A stretch of DNA of 49,030 bases from a virus. Lineage: Duplodnaviria > Caudoviricetes. The DNA lies in IMG/VR virus record IMGVR_UViG_3300005077_001133, positions 1 to 49,030 of that record; one strand, given 5' to 3'. The notes under the pieces were generated by a model. The model worked only from the letters and a program-made list of their open reading frames with translations, searched no databases and was not told the origin of the DNA. This document shows positions 1 to 8,062 of this stretch, piece after piece. Position 1 is the stretch's first letter. Each line of letters starts with the position of its first letter. The position numbers and the translations under genes were made by a program.

Positions 1-30
1 TCTTCGTCTTCGTCTTCGTCTTCGTCTTCA
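1..30 (-). repeat. (TCTTCG)x5 hexamer tandem repeat (last unit TCTTCA); reads Glu-Asp repeats on the minus strand and runs off the window edge
   Basis: Directly visible at 1-30; reverse complement reads GAA GAC repeats. Confidence 0.9.
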
Positions 31-45
31 TAACGATCAATAAGA

Positions 46-192
46 TCATCGGTCACGTGAGTGAAGAACTTTCAGTTGATCAACCATATATGCTTTTGCA
101 TTCGCATCACCTTTACATGCAATCTCAAGCATTTTTATTACTTCCTGCAGTTTTTCTGCAGCAGCTTCAACGAGCTGTTTTCTGGTTGCCAT
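46..192 (-). CDS. Small hypothetical early protein, 48 aa (MATRKQLVEAAAEKLQ...), possibly frameshifted relative to the downstream acidic tract
   Basis: Manual translation; ATG at 192, GAAAGG RBS-like sequence and a sigma70-like promoter directly upstream; below the ORF-track size cut-off. Confidence 0.6.
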   Translation of the reverse strand: MATRKQLVEAAAEKLQEVIKMLEIACKGDANAKAYMVDQLKVLHSRDR

Positions 193-209
193 TTTTAGAC
201 CTTTCAATT

Positions 210-243
210 ATTAATAATATACGTTATTTCAACAATAAAGTCA
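210..243 (-). promoter_or_regulatory. Sigma70-like early promoter TTGACT-N17-TATATT(ATTAA)
   Basis: Minus strand reads ttgact ttattgttgaaataacg tatattattaa; same architecture as three other copies in this region. Confidence 0.8.
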
Positions 244-270
244 ACGATAAAATTTTGTTACATTAGCCCT
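237..270. repeat. 34-bp perfect inverted repeat, left copy (partner 1711-1744)
   Basis: Reverse complement AGGGCTAATGTAACAAAATTTTATCGTTGACTTT is identical to 1711-1744. Confidence 0.95.
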
Positions 271-415
271 CCACCCAACCGCGATCAGTCCGATCTTGCT
301 GTGCTGAAATTTCTGCCTGTTCAGCTACAAAGTTGTCGTCATCCCACCGACCGTCTGAAACGATAATGATTGTAAAAGTGTCGGCTGTGTCTACATCTGA
401 GAGAAAATCAAGCAT
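263..415 (-). CDS. Small acidic hypothetical protein, 50 aa (MLDFLSDVDTAD...GWVEG)
   Basis: Manual translation; AAAGGA RBS; downstream of the leftward promoter within 453-495. Confidence 0.6.
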   Translation of the reverse strand: MLDFLSDVDTADTFTIIIVSDGRWDDDNFVAEQAEISAQQDRTDRGWVEG

Positions 416-452
416 TTTAAATCCTTTTGTCTGTATGTTCCTTAACCTTCAT

Positions 453-495
453 TAATAATATACCATATTATAGGTCAAAAGACAACATTTAATTT
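453..495 (-). promoter_or_regulatory. Leftward sigma70-like promoter TTGTCT-N17-TATATT; left arm of a 43-bp perfect inverted repeat
   Basis: Exact reverse complement of 597-639. Confidence 0.85.
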
Positions 496-565
496 TACTT
501 TATAACACCTTGATTTTTATAAATAATCAGTTAAACTACGTAACTCCTTGATTTTACGTGGGACA

Positions 566-605
566 GAAATTAAATGAAATTAAATGAAATTAAATGAAAT
601 TAAAT
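566..605 (+). repeat. (GAAATTAAAT)x4 decamer tandem repeat
   Basis: Four exact units directly visible. Confidence 0.95.
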
Positions 606-639
606 GTTGTCTTTTGACCTATAATATGGTATATTATTA
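597..639 (+). promoter_or_regulatory. Rightward sigma70-like promoter TTGTCT(607-612)-N17-TATATT(630-635); right arm of the 43-bp inverted repeat
   Basis: Consensus-like hexamers with 17-nt spacer just upstream of ATG 649. Confidence 0.85.
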
Positions 640-648
640 GGAAACACG

Positions 649-972
649 ATGAAAATCACTAAAAAATCCCAAAAAGAGTTTGTGAAGATGATGCTGAGTA
701 CCAATAAAAAGTGGACAACACGTGCTCTTCTGAAAATATACGAATGTCAAACAGTTATTGAACAAACATCTCGTTCTACTCTCATGTGGAATGGAATTGG
801 TTTTAGTGGTTGTGACGCTGAAATTCTTAGCTCTTTTGCTGAACAGATGAAAGCTGGTGCTAATCTTAGCGAAAAGCAGATGTCTATTCTTTTTAAGAAG
901 ATGCCGAAGTACTGGAATCAGATTATAACACTCAGTGATATAAATAAACTTAACGTGTTGGTGGGTCGATGA
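649..972 (+). CDS. Hypothetical phage early protein, 107 aa
   Basis: ORF with AGGA RBS behind a promoter; NGIGFSGCDAEILSSFA...LSEKQ...KYWNQ resembles a family I recall from large phages. Confidence 0.8.
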   Translation: MKITKKSQKEFVKMMLSTNKKWTTRALLKIYECQTVIEQTSRSTLMWNGIGFSGCDAEILSSFAEQMKAGANLSEKQMSILFKKMPKYWNQIITLSDINKLNVLVGR

Positions 973-1046
973 GTACTTCTGCCTCATATAATCAACTTCG
1001 GGACATTAACATGTTTTTGAAAGAAAAATCACTCGGAAAAAACAAT

Positions 1047-1190
1047 ATGAACATCACCTTTAAAAAAGGTAACATCACTGGTGAAACAGTCGTGCGTATG
1101 CGTGGCGGTCGATCACAACAAGTGGTTTGTAACAAGTCCAAATACACACGTAAGCGCAAGCACAAAAAAATGGAGGATTTTAATGGCTGA
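1047..1190 (+). CDS. Small basic protein, 47 aa, with ArfA-like C-terminal motif (KSKYTRKRKHK)
   Basis: 3' part of ORF 969-1190; ATG 1047 follows GGAAAA; motif resemblance only. Confidence 0.55.
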   Translation: MNITFKKGNITGETVVRMRGGRSQQVVCNKSKYTRKRKHKKMEDFNG

Positions 1191-1482
1191 GTATGATAAC
1201 AATGTGCACATTCTTGATTGTACAACCGATGAGTTTTTCTACGATAAAGAAATATGTACCTTCACTGCTGAAGCATCTATGCTTAATTTGAAACCTGGTG
1301 AGGTTCCTTTGGTCGTTGTTGTGACTAATCCTAAAACCAAACACAAAGCACATTTCCGCCGGACAAACATGACCTTTGATGGAATATATTTTTCTCCTCG
1401 ATATTGGGGAGAAGATGAAATTTTTCGTTACTGTGCAATGGTTCACCGTAAACCTATATTTCTAAATATTTTTAATGACTAA
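1183..1482 (+). CDS. Hypothetical protein, 99 aa (MAEYDNNVH...)
   Basis: GGAGG RBS before ATG 1183; tightly packed with neighbours. Confidence 0.75.
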   Translation: MAEYDNNVHILDCTTDEFFYDKEICTFTAEASMLNLKPGEVPLVVVVTNPKTKHKAHFRRTNMTFDGIYFSPRYWGEDEIFRYCAMVHRKPIFLNIFND

Positions 1483-1740
1483 ATGTTCAATACTAACGAA
1501 TCCAGATATCCAATCGAAAAGATTGCAACAGCTTTCCACAAGATGCGTAAAATCAAAGTTATTCTTTATTGCAAAAAATGTGGTTGTATCATCAATACAT
1601 TTTGGGATGGTAATACACTTGATGGTCGTTTTACTTGTGATACTGCTGAATGGAGCGAGATTTTCGAAGAAAACGTCACACCTTTTAATGAAGTTGTTTG
1701 TAACTCATGTAGGGCTAATGTAACAAAATTTTATCGTTGA
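1483..1740 (+). CDS. Small protein with two CxxC motifs (possible zinc ribbon)
   Basis: CKKC and CNSC; abuts the upstream stop. Confidence 0.65.
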   Translation: MFNTNESRYPIEKIATAFHKMRKIKVILYCKKCGCIINTFWDGNTLDGRFTCDTAEWSEIFEENVTPFNEVVCNSCRANVTKFYR

Positions 1741-1770
1741 CTTTTGAGAGTAGATATTTTATATTATTAA
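1711..1770 (+). promoter_or_regulatory. Right copy of the 34-bp repeat (1711-1744) carrying promoter TTGACT(1737-1742)-N17-TATATT(1760-1765)
   Basis: Identity to the 237-270 reverse complement; GAGG RBS and ATG 1783 follow. Confidence 0.85.
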
Positions 1771-1782
1771 TGAGGAAAAAAT

Positions 1783-1917
1783 ATGACCATTCATAAAAAT
1801 GCAAAAGAATTTATCAAAGTGCTGAATAGCTATGCTGACGTAGGAGCTGGCCAGCATGCTATCTTCGTTGGTGGATGTGTACGTGATACGTACATGGGTT
1901 ATACACCTTCACTTTAA
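1783..1917 (+). pseudogene. Orphan N-terminal fragment (44 aa) of a class II tRNA nucleotidyltransferase
   Basis: Translates MTIHKNAKEFIKVLNSYADVGAGQHAIFVGGCVRDTYMGYTPSL*; the VGGCVRD motif is repeated in the downstream intact gene. Confidence 0.85.
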
Positions 1918-2007
1918 TTATCGTTGAATATATCAAAAACATCAAAAATTGTAGGTCTTAATCCTTCGACAGTAAGACAACGTCTAAAAAGGTTAAAAAT
2001 TTTATGA
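1918..2007 (+). pseudogene. Start-less helix-turn-helix-like remnant (LSLNISKTSKIVGLNPSTVRQRLKRLKIL*)
   Basis: Manual translation, same frame as 1783; its TGA overlaps the cca ATG (ATGA). Confidence 0.55.
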
Positions 2008-3341
2008 AAAAAATACCAAAAGAAATTAGAGTTTTCCTTTCTAACTTGAGTATGTTAGGTGAATCTTACTTAGTTGGTGGTTGTGTTCGTGATCTTTATT
2101 TAGGCATTGAACCCAACGATTATGATGTTTGTACCAATGTATCTTTAGATATTATTGAAAAACATTGGAAAACTTTTGACATTGGAAAAAATAAAGATTT
2201 TGGGATTGTTGTAGTACAACTTCCCTATTGTAATATTGAAGTTGCAAAATGGCGTATTGATGGTGCTTATGGGGATGGTAGACATCCAGATTCTGTTACT
2301 TTTACTAATTCTGTTAAAGATGATGTAGAAAGAAGAGATTTTACTATAAATAGTTTACTAATGGATGAAAAGGGCAACATCATCGATCACTTCGGTGGAA
2401 TTGCTGACATTAATGCCGGCATCATCCGTACTGTTGGTGATCCCCAAGTTCGCTTCGCTGAGGATTATTTGAGAATGTTGAGGTGTGTGAGATTCAGCAC
2501 CAGATTTGATTTCAAAATTGAGAAGAAAACTTGGCAAGCTATCGTTGACAATGCTCCGAAAATTCACAACATCTCTGTTGAACGAGTCTGGCAGGAGTTG
2601 TGGAAGATGGTGAAGACTGACGGTTACAAGTTCGCATCAGCTATTATGATGATGGCTGATAGTGGGTTGTTGCACTGGATATTGCCTGAGATTGATGGTA
2701 TGCGTGGTAGGAAACATTGTTTTCAGCACCATCCGGAGGGTGATGTTTTCCAACACGTCATGGCCGCAGTTGCATCTAATTGTGAGGTTGATAATCCAAT
2801 TTTGAACTTGGCTATCTTGTTTCACGATGTGGGTAAGAATGATCAGACTTACAAGTTTCGGGATGGGTGGAAACACAGCTACTTTAACCATGATGTTGTT
2901 GGTCGAGATATGATGGATAAAATTGCGAAGCAATTGACGATACCAAACGATGTTCGTGACGCAATCAAGTTCGCTTGTGAGAAGCATATGATGTTTCATA
3001 AGTTGAAAGATGTACGTTCATCAAAAGTTCTATCATGGATGGATTCTCCATACTGGGATATTGCTGTTGCTGTTGCTAAAGCTGACACTTTTTCACGTGG
3101 AGAAACTTGGGGCACTCGTGATTGGTCTAAAGTAGAGGAACGGCTGCAACACATCAAGACTCTTCCTTCGGTTAAAAATACTCGTCAAGTTGTCAATGGT
3201 GTGAGAGTAATGAATATTCGTGGTATAGGTCCTTCAAAAATTGTTGGTAAAATTATCAAAGCTACCGTTGATGCAATTGGTGATGGTATTATTGAGAATA
3301 ACGATGAAGCTATTGATCAATTTATCAAAGATTTCAAATAA
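2004..3341 (+). CDS. cca: CCA-adding tRNA nucleotidyltransferase (class II) with C-terminal HD domain
   Basis: GGCVRD..DYD motif A, RRDFTIN motif B, EDYLR templating motif, ERVWQEL, HD domain (HHPEGDV..H, LFHDVGK). Confidence 0.93.
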   Translation: MKKIPKEIRVFLSNLSMLGESYLVGGCVRDLYLGIEPNDYDVCTNVSLDIIEKHWKTFDIGKNKDFGIVVVQLPYCNIEVAKWRIDGAYGDGRHPDSVTFTNSVKDDVERRDFTINSLLMDEKGNIIDHFGGIADINAGIIRTVGDPQVRFAEDYLRMLRCVRFSTRFDFKIEKKTWQAIVDNAPKIHNISVERVWQELWKMVKTDGYKFASAIMMMADSGLLHWILPEIDGMRGRKHCFQHHPEGDVFQHVMAAVASNCEVDNPILNLAILFHDVGKNDQTYKFRDGWKHSYFNHDVVGRDMMDKIAKQLTIPNDVRDAIKFACEKHMMFHKLKDVRSSKVLSWMDSPYWDIAVAVAKADTFSRGETWGTRDWSKVEERLQHIKTLPSVKNTRQVVNGVRVMNIRGIGPSKIVGKIIKATVDAIGDGIIENNDEAIDQFIKDFK

Positions 3342-3352
3342 AGGAGAATAAA

Positions 3353-3871
3353 ATGTCTAAAATTAATTTTTTTATTATGTGTGGAATACCCGGGTCAGGT
3401 AAGAGCACTTATGCTCGTAAACTCGCTGGTGAAACAAATAGTATTATTATTTGTCGTGACTCCTTACGGGAAATGATAGCCGGTACATATGATTTGTACC
3501 AACAAAGAGTGTTTGAATCTCCTGACAAAAAGTTTTCTAAAAGAATAGAAAATATTGTATCAGAAATGGCTACTCAATGTTTGGTTGTTGCATTACATAA
3601 CAACCAAACAGTTATTATTGATGAAACGAATATCACAACCAATCGTCGTTGTTGGTGGTTAACTATAGCAAAAAATGAAATGGGTAATTCAATCCACTCA
3701 ACAATTATTTGGGTTAAAACTCCAATCGAAGAGTGTATTGCACGGAGAACCAAAGATCCTCATGGTTGTGATGCAAATTGGCCAATTATTATCAATAATA
3801 TGAATAAAGTGTGGCAAGATCCAGATATAGAAAAAGAGGGTTTTGATGACGTTAGAATCATTACTAAATAA
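3353..3871 (+). CDS. P-loop kinase, polynucleotide kinase-like (AAA_33 / PseT kinase domain only)
   Basis: GIPGSGKST Walker A, ICRDSLR, VIIDETN, ECIAR lid. Confidence 0.85.
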   Translation: MSKINFFIMCGIPGSGKSTYARKLAGETNSIIICRDSLREMIAGTYDLYQQRVFESPDKKFSKRIENIVSEMATQCLVVALHNNQTVIIDETNITTNRRCWWLTIAKNEMGNSIHSTIIWVKTPIEECIARRTKDPHGCDANWPIIINNMNKVWQDPDIEKEGFDDVRIITK

Positions 3872-4727
3872 TTCAAGTGTACTACTTTGTGGACCTGGAC
3901 CACTTGAAATTGATGAAAATTTCATTGATGAAAATGTTGAAGATGTTGTTTCCATAGAGCCAAACGTTGAGTTGATATTGCAAGTAAGACATAAGATAAC
4001 TCTTCAACCATATCCAAACACTAATTTTTCACGATCAAAGCTCAATGATTGTGGACAATATAAATCTTCAATAACATATCGATTGTATGATAAAAATGAT
4101 GATTTGAGAAATTCCATTTGGTTTCACGAATATCGGTGGGGAATTGAATGGAGTGGAAAAGATAGTCGAAAAAAGCAAATAATTGATATTATCTCAACCA
4201 AAAATTTTGGTAAGTTGATTTTATTTTTGGACGATGAATTTAAACCCATAAGTCGTCTGGCGGATATTATTTTAAAAAATAACCTAATAAACATCACCGT
4301 TGATGATGATACTGATAAACAGTTTGAATTAATCATTCCAAGCATAAAACTTTTTCCAGGTATAACAATGACCCTCAATGAAGTTGGGTTGTCAATAATA
4401 GTATCTAAAGAACAAATTAATGTTCTTAAAAATTGTGTGGAAGAAGTTATAACAGATCCATCAGAAAAAATACAAACATATGTAAAAAACTTAAAAGACA
4501 TTATGAAACTTAGGGCTTCTAAATTTAATAAAACAAACATGACTGAAAAAGAATACTATTCTCAAGAATTTAGATTGTTAGATAAAATTTATGAGAGTTG
4601 TGATTTAGACGAAGAAAAACCAACAACTTTATCATATTATTTTCATAATGTTGTGGTGATTATTCGTAGTGCTATTCTGAAAAGAGTTAAAGAATTAAAA
4701 GCTAAGTGTGGGTTCAATCATCAATAG
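3843..4727 (+). CDS. Hypothetical protein, about 294 aa
   Basis: Long ORF ending at the terminator; no recognised motif. Confidence 0.75.
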   Translation: MMTLESLLNNSSVLLCGPGPLEIDENFIDENVEDVVSIEPNVELILQVRHKITLQPYPNTNFSRSKLNDCGQYKSSITYRLYDKNDDLRNSIWFHEYRWGIEWSGKDSRKKQIIDIISTKNFGKLILFLDDEFKPISRLADIILKNNLINITVDDDTDKQFELIIPSIKLFPGITMTLNEVGLSIIVSKEQINVLKNCVEEVITDPSEKIQTYVKNLKDIMKLRASKFNKTNMTEKEYYSQEFRLLDKIYESCDLDEEKPTTLSYYFHNVVVIIRSAILKRVKELKAKCGFNHQ

Positions 4728-4757
4728 AAAAAGGCCGCATGCGGCCTTTTCTTTTTT
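4728..4757. terminator. Bidirectional intrinsic terminator between convergent gene blocks
   Basis: Perfect palindrome AAAAGGCCGCATGCGGCCTTTT (4729-4750) with A and T tails. Confidence 0.9.
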
Positions 4758-4774
4758 GTTACATAAGTACTTGT

Positions 4775-5401
4775 TTATTTTTTCTTTTTACATGCTTCAC
4801 GAACGTATTTTTCGTATGTTAAAGGTTTTTCACCATTTTTTTCCATTTCTTTAGCATAAGATTCATATTTTTTCTTACGTCCTGCTTCATCCAATTTATT
4901 CCAATCAACCTGTTCATCATCCATATCATTGCTGTCCTTTTCTTCTTGTTCTTTTACGAACTGAAGGAAAGAAACAGGCATTTCATCAACTGTTGGTTGA
5001 ACTGGTTTTACATCCTCTTTCTTATATTTTTTACTACATGCTTCATCCATTTCTATTTCTGAACCACACTCTGGACACATTCCATCTTCAAGCTCTTCTT
5101 CAGCACCTTGCCATTCACAGTTAGTACATTTGCACATACCTGTTTCTTCTTTTTTCATCTTCTTTTTTTTAACCATCTCAATAATGTATTCCTCGTCTAC
5201 ATCAAGTGATTCATCTTTTGAAAGCACTTTGTTACCTGCAACAGTTGCCGCCTGATCCATCGCTTTCATAAATTTATTTGAAAGTGGATCATCAGAAGTT
5301 GCCAATCCTTTCATTAATTGTACCATTTTCATCTGCTCTTCGTTGCTACCAGCAAAGTTTGAGTTAGTCAAATCTTTAATAATTTCAGCCGCTGTTGCCA
5401 T
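4775..5401 (-). CDS. Highly charged protein with zinc-ribbon (CTNC..CPECG); probable virion internal protein
   Basis: GGAGG RBS; Glu/Lys-rich; internal SFLQFVKE motif. Confidence 0.75.
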   Translation of the reverse strand: MATAAEIIKDLTNSNFAGSNEEQMKMVQLMKGLATSDDPLSNKFMKAMDQAATVAGNKVLSKDESLDVDEEYIIEMVKKKKMKKEETGMCKCTNCEWQGAEEELEDGMCPECGSEIEMDEACSKKYKKEDVKPVQPTVDEMPVSFLQFVKEQEEKDSNDMDDEQVDWNKLDEAGRKKKYESYAKEMEKNGEKPLTYEKYVREACKKKK

Positions 5402-5434
5402 TATTACCTCCTCGATAATTGTTTTGACTTTTAC

Positions 5435-5779
5435 TTATTTAAGTAAATTATTAATTTCAGTTGCAATTTTTTTATCAGTTAGAGCACCTGCATATGCTTT
5501 AAAATAACGTATAGCATCGTCTCCACGTGTAATAGGGAAGAAAACATCAAGACGTTCCATTTTACTATAATTAATAATGTCTTGTCCATCTCGACTTTTT
5601 TGCTCAATTTTGTCAATAATAACAGCTAATTTATCATATTTATCTTTTCCAAGCATTTTTATGAGTGCCACATCTGCAGATGGTTCTACAATATTTTGAC
5701 CAATATAATTTTGTCCTTCTTCGAGAACATACTGTACAAATGATTTTTCTAATATACTTTTTTGTTGTTTGCGATTCAT
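5435..5779 (-). CDS. Hypothetical protein, possible internal head protein
   Basis: AGGAG RBS; SFVQYVLEE motif near the N-terminus. Confidence 0.75.
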   Translation of the reverse strand: MNRKQQKSILEKSFVQYVLEEGQNYIGQNIVEPSADVALIKMLGKDKYDKLAVIIDKIEQKSRDGQDIINYSKMERLDVFFPITRGDDAIRYFKAYAGALTDKKIATEINNLLK

Positions 5780-5831
5780 ATTTTTTCTCCTTTTTATTAT
5801 CTACATTTAAATTAATTACAATGTTATGCTA

Positions 5832-6371
5832 TTATTTATCTTTTAATAGTTTTGTTACTGCTATATTTAATTGTTCTATAGTATTAAGTGTCTGACCTGG
5901 TTTGTGAAGAATAGCGTTTCCGCCAGCTTTTAAAAAGTTTTCTGTATTTATTATAAAATCATCGATAAGAATAGCTTTTTCATGTGCATATTTTTGTTTT
6001 TTACTTTCAAGAATAACTTTAACGTCTGAACCAATTTCACGTTTGACCCATACAGATTTGCCTTTCTTAGCGTTTTGTACAAATAAATGACCACGATTTG
6101 CACCAGGACTTGATAAAATGTTTACCTCAAAATTATATAGACAAGCAATATGATTGATTTGTTTCCACAACATTTTTCCATCTGGCATCCAATTTAAATC
6201 AATCCAAAATTGTTTACCACCTTCTTCACCAACACGTTGTATCAATTCAGTACGAAATTTATCACTTTGTGTTGAAAAATTCACACGTACACCAGTAAAT
6301 TTTTCAACACCCGTATAAAAATCAACTAATACATTATCTAAATCAACATATATTATATACTGTTTATTCAT
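5832..6371 (-). CDS. HAD-family 5'(3')-deoxyribonucleotidase-like protein
   Basis: YVDLDNVLVDF motif I, ILSSP motif II, K, ILIDD motif IV. Confidence 0.85.
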   Translation of the reverse strand: MNKQYIIYVDLDNVLVDFYTGVEKFTGVRVNFSTQSDKFRTELIQRVGEEGGKQFWIDLNWMPDGKMLWKQINHIACLYNFEVNILSSPGANRGHLFVQNAKKGKSVWVKREIGSDVKVILESKKQKYAHEKAILIDDFIINTENFLKAGGNAILHKPGQTLNTIEQLNIAVTKLLKDK

Positions 6372-6373
6372 AA

Positions 6374-7324
6374 TTATACAACTCGATGGTGAAGTGTTTT
6401 ATGATTGATAAAATTTATAATATCTTCAACAGCTTGTGTTTCCATTTTAAGTCGAGCTGCTGTAGTACAAGATCCGAGATGAGGGGTGATGATAATTTGA
6501 TCTTCGTGAATAAACGGTCCTGTATATGGTTCATTTTCAAAAGTATCTATCACAGCTTGAAATTCTTTATTGTTTTGCACATGTTTTAAAAGTGCATTTT
6601 CATCTATAATACCACCACGAGAATAATTTAAAATACATGCATCTGTTTTCATCATTTGTAACTCTCTGGTTCCTATAAAATGATAATTATCATCTAATGG
6701 AATGTGAATGGTAACAACATCTGATACATTTAATAAATAACTCAATGAAACTGATGTTGCACGTGGTCTATCAATTAATTTTGTAGGATCAATATCGTTA
6801 ATAAAAATTTGTCGTGGCTTCAATGACTGTAATTTTTCAAGTACTAAAGATCCAATACGGCCAACACCAATAATACCAATATTACAATCTCGTATCTCTC
6901 TACCAATAAACCGATTCCAACCAAGATTTTTTAAATTTTGACTAACCTGAGGCACTCGACGCAATGCATTTAATATTTGACAAATAGTAATTTCAGCAAC
7001 GGCATTAGTACAAGTTTCAGGACCGTTTGTAACAACAATTCCTCTGTTTTTACACGCAATTAAATCAACAGAATCTATCCCAACTCCAACACGAGCAATA
7101 ATTTTAAGATTTGGACATAAATCTAATGCTTCAACATTATATTGTTCAGTACCTGCAATGATTGCTTCAGGATTTGTTTCACGAAGAATTTTATGATGTT
7201 CCTCACGACTGTATTTTCGTCCTATTTGATTGAGCGAAAAATTAATATTATATGTTTGTAACAAATTAATTGGTGTTGAATTTGGAATTCCAAACGGATA
7301 AGTAGTTATAACAACATTTTTCAT
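6374..7324 (-). CDS. D-isomer-specific 2-hydroxyacid dehydrogenase (phosphoglycerate dehydrogenase-like)
   Basis: RVGVGIDSVD, AVAE, GIIGVGRIG Rossmann motif, NYSRGG, DTFENEP, TPHLG. Confidence 0.92.
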   Translation of the reverse strand: MKNVVITTYPFGIPNSTPINLLQTYNINFSLNQIGRKYSREEHHKILRETNPEAIIAGTEQYNVEALDLCPNLKIIARVGVGIDSVDLIACKNRGIVVTNGPETCTNAVAEITICQILNALRRVPQVSQNLKNLGWNRFIGREIRDCNIGIIGVGRIGSLVLEKLQSLKPRQIFINDIDPTKLIDRPRATSVSLSYLLNVSDVVTIHIPLDDNYHFIGTRELQMMKTDACILNYSRGGIIDENALLKHVQNNKEFQAVIDTFENEPYTGPFIHEDQIIITPHLGSCTTAARLKMETQAVEDIINFINHKTLHHRVV

Positions 7325-8049
7325 TCAAGGTTTCCTTTTTCTACTTGTTTTTCTATGTACTTAATATATTCAATGATTGCCAAAGTATCTAAACCATAAG
7401 CTACAAATTCATATTCATCTTTGATTTTTTCTAAATATGCACTATATTCACTATTTACATGCACTACATGATAGCCACGTTTTTCTTTAGGTATTGATTT
7501 TTTAAATAAATTAATACAATCAATATATTTTGAATTTTTAAAATTACCTGGACATCCAAGATCCATAGACAGGTCATATGGACCAATCATATAATAATCA
7601 AAATCATAACACAAAGTAATGCCAATGATATCCCGAACTGTATATTCTGATTCAATTTGTGCAATAATTTTAAGATTTCGATCATTTTTTAGATATCCAT
7701 GTGTTCCCCACATATTACTACGAGTAAGACCAAGTCCTCTTTTACCACGTGGAGGATAATAACACATTTCACGTAATTTAATTGCTTTTGTGCGATCAAC
7801 ATTTGCACAAATTATTCCTGTTGCACCAGCATCTAAACACTGACGAACAAATGCTTCATTTGGTTCTGTTAATCTTACAAAACACTCTTTTTTCTTTGCA
7901 ATTGAAAGAGCAATCAATGCAACTATTGTTTCGATATTAAAACCAGCATGTTCAGTGTCTAAAACAACACCATCAAACACATCTGTTTGTGTCATTATAT
8001 CTGTAACAATATGATTAGGAATTTGTTGCCAAAGCATTTTTAAACTCAT
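7321..8049 (-). CDS. HpcH/HpaI-family class II pyruvate aldolase
   Basis: LDTEHA, VR, LDAGATGI, YPPRGKRG, AQIES, IGPYDLS. Confidence 0.92.
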   Translation of the reverse strand: MSLKMLWQQIPNHIVTDIMTQTDVFDGVVLDTEHAGFNIETIVALIALSIAKKKECFVRLTEPNEAFVRQCLDAGATGIICANVDRTKAIKLREMCYYPPRGKRGLGLTRSNMWGTHGYLKNDRNLKIIAQIESEYTVRDIIGITLCYDFDYYMIGPYDLSMDLGCPGNFKNSKYIDCINLFKKSIPKEKRGYHVVHVNSEYSAYLEKIKDEYEFVAYGLDTLAIIEYIKYIEKQVEKGNLE

Positions 8050-8062
8050 TTTAATGCTCCTT

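Noticed and set aside
566-605. CRISPR array
   Set aside because: 10-bp units are directly adjacent with no spacers; no cas genes or repeat-spacer pattern seen anywhere in the window
1918-2003. Group I intron or intein joining the orphan cca fragment to the main gene
   Set aside because: The gap is under 90 nt and the downstream gene has its own complete motif A, so no splicing is needed
6374-7324. serA for serine biosynthesis
   Set aside because: No ACT domain and no serB or serC; coupled to the aldolase and cytidylyltransferase, so only the family is assigned
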